From positions 41,478,001-41,542,000 of the forward strand of contig NC_043002.1 in NCBI RefSeq assembly GCF_006345805.1: a DNA stretch of 64,000 nucleotides. Direction: 5' to 3'. The notes beneath the pieces are model-generated. The model saw nothing but the letters and a program-made list of their open reading frames with translations. It was not told where the DNA came from and made no database searches. The translations under genes and the position numbers were made by a program. This DNA comes from Octopus sinensis (Eukaryota). Below are positions 63,270 to 64,000 of this stretch, piece after piece. Within the stretch, counting starts at the first letter, position 1, and each line of letters begins with the position of its first letter.

Positions 63270-63274
<5 letters not shown>
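62672..63274. repeat. Direct tandem duplication of 277 bp bounded by (TA)n tracts
   Basis: 62672-62948 versus 62998-63274; I found one mismatch (CTGTGATC vs CTGTAATC). Confidence 0.9.
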
Positions 63275-63307
<33 letters not shown>

Positions 63308-64000
63308 TTGTATATATGGCTATAAAATTTGTGTTCATTTTAGTATGTTAGTATTTAGTATATGTATACATACGCTAACATGTAAGCACGCACCTTGTTG
63401 AATGGAATTAAAAACAAAAAATTTATGCCAAACTTTCATGCCACTCTATGCTGCTTGCACACACTCACACATACACACACACACACGAAGAAGTTTTTAA
63501 AATGTCTGTGAAAAAAAAAAAAAGACTTATTCCTGATTCTGCTAGTCCCCCACTGCCTTCATACACTGATCATCTCACCAATGTGTTGTCAGCTGGAATC
63601 CTATTTCTTTTGGTAAAATAGGAAAAACATCCCAGTTTTTTTATTTGATCATGTGTAAACATTTTCTCTGTTGATTTTATGTATGAAAGTAATTTGATAG
63701 TAAAGATAGAGCTGTTGTTGTTGTTATTATTATTATTACCTCCACTTAGTGAGAAAAGTATAATCATATCATATTTGTGGGTGTGCGTATAATGTGTGGG
63801 TGTGTATGTGTTTGTGTGATAGACATCTTCTTCACAAGTCTCATCTTAATTCATGTAAACGAAATATTCTTTGTTCATTGAGAATGTTCAAAAACTGATT
63901 AGAAATAAGTCAGGGCTATGGTTTTCAACTGGGCTCCATAGTAAGTTGGGGATCTTCAATAGTATTTTAAAGGCCTCTGAAAAAAAAACAAAATTACTTT

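Overview
AT-rich animal genomic DNA made up mostly of transposons and microsatellites. From my recollection of the SINE and LINE families, it is most likely an octopus or other coleoid cephalopod; that is inference, not a database match. The window contains a near full-length but disrupted RTE-clade LINE (APE endonuclease, RT, PHD-type finger) at 1.87-5.52 kb and about a dozen RTE 3'-end fragments. It also holds dozens of copies of three tRNA-derived SINE groups (called A, B and C here), a Tc1/mariner transposase relic that the ORF track misses, and a non-autonomous Helitron. MITEs are of Merlin-like, piggyBac-like, hAT-like, Tigger/pogo-like and Tc3-like types, and there is a 41-bp minisatellite plus many microsatellites. 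No intact host gene can be called; the only candidate is a possible promoter plus signal-peptide first exon at about 23.0-23.3 kb. I found no convincing new enzymatic or defence system. The best leads are structural: (1) two independent insertions of one SINE at the same 15-bp site of another SINE; (2) a cluster of four Merlin-like MITEs, one flanked by a 59-bp duplication; (3) a perfect fold-back around an RTE tail; (4) a 187-bp hairpin; (5) alternating CpG-decayed and CpG-retaining domains that may map methylated gene bodies. All coordinates and identities were counted by eye.
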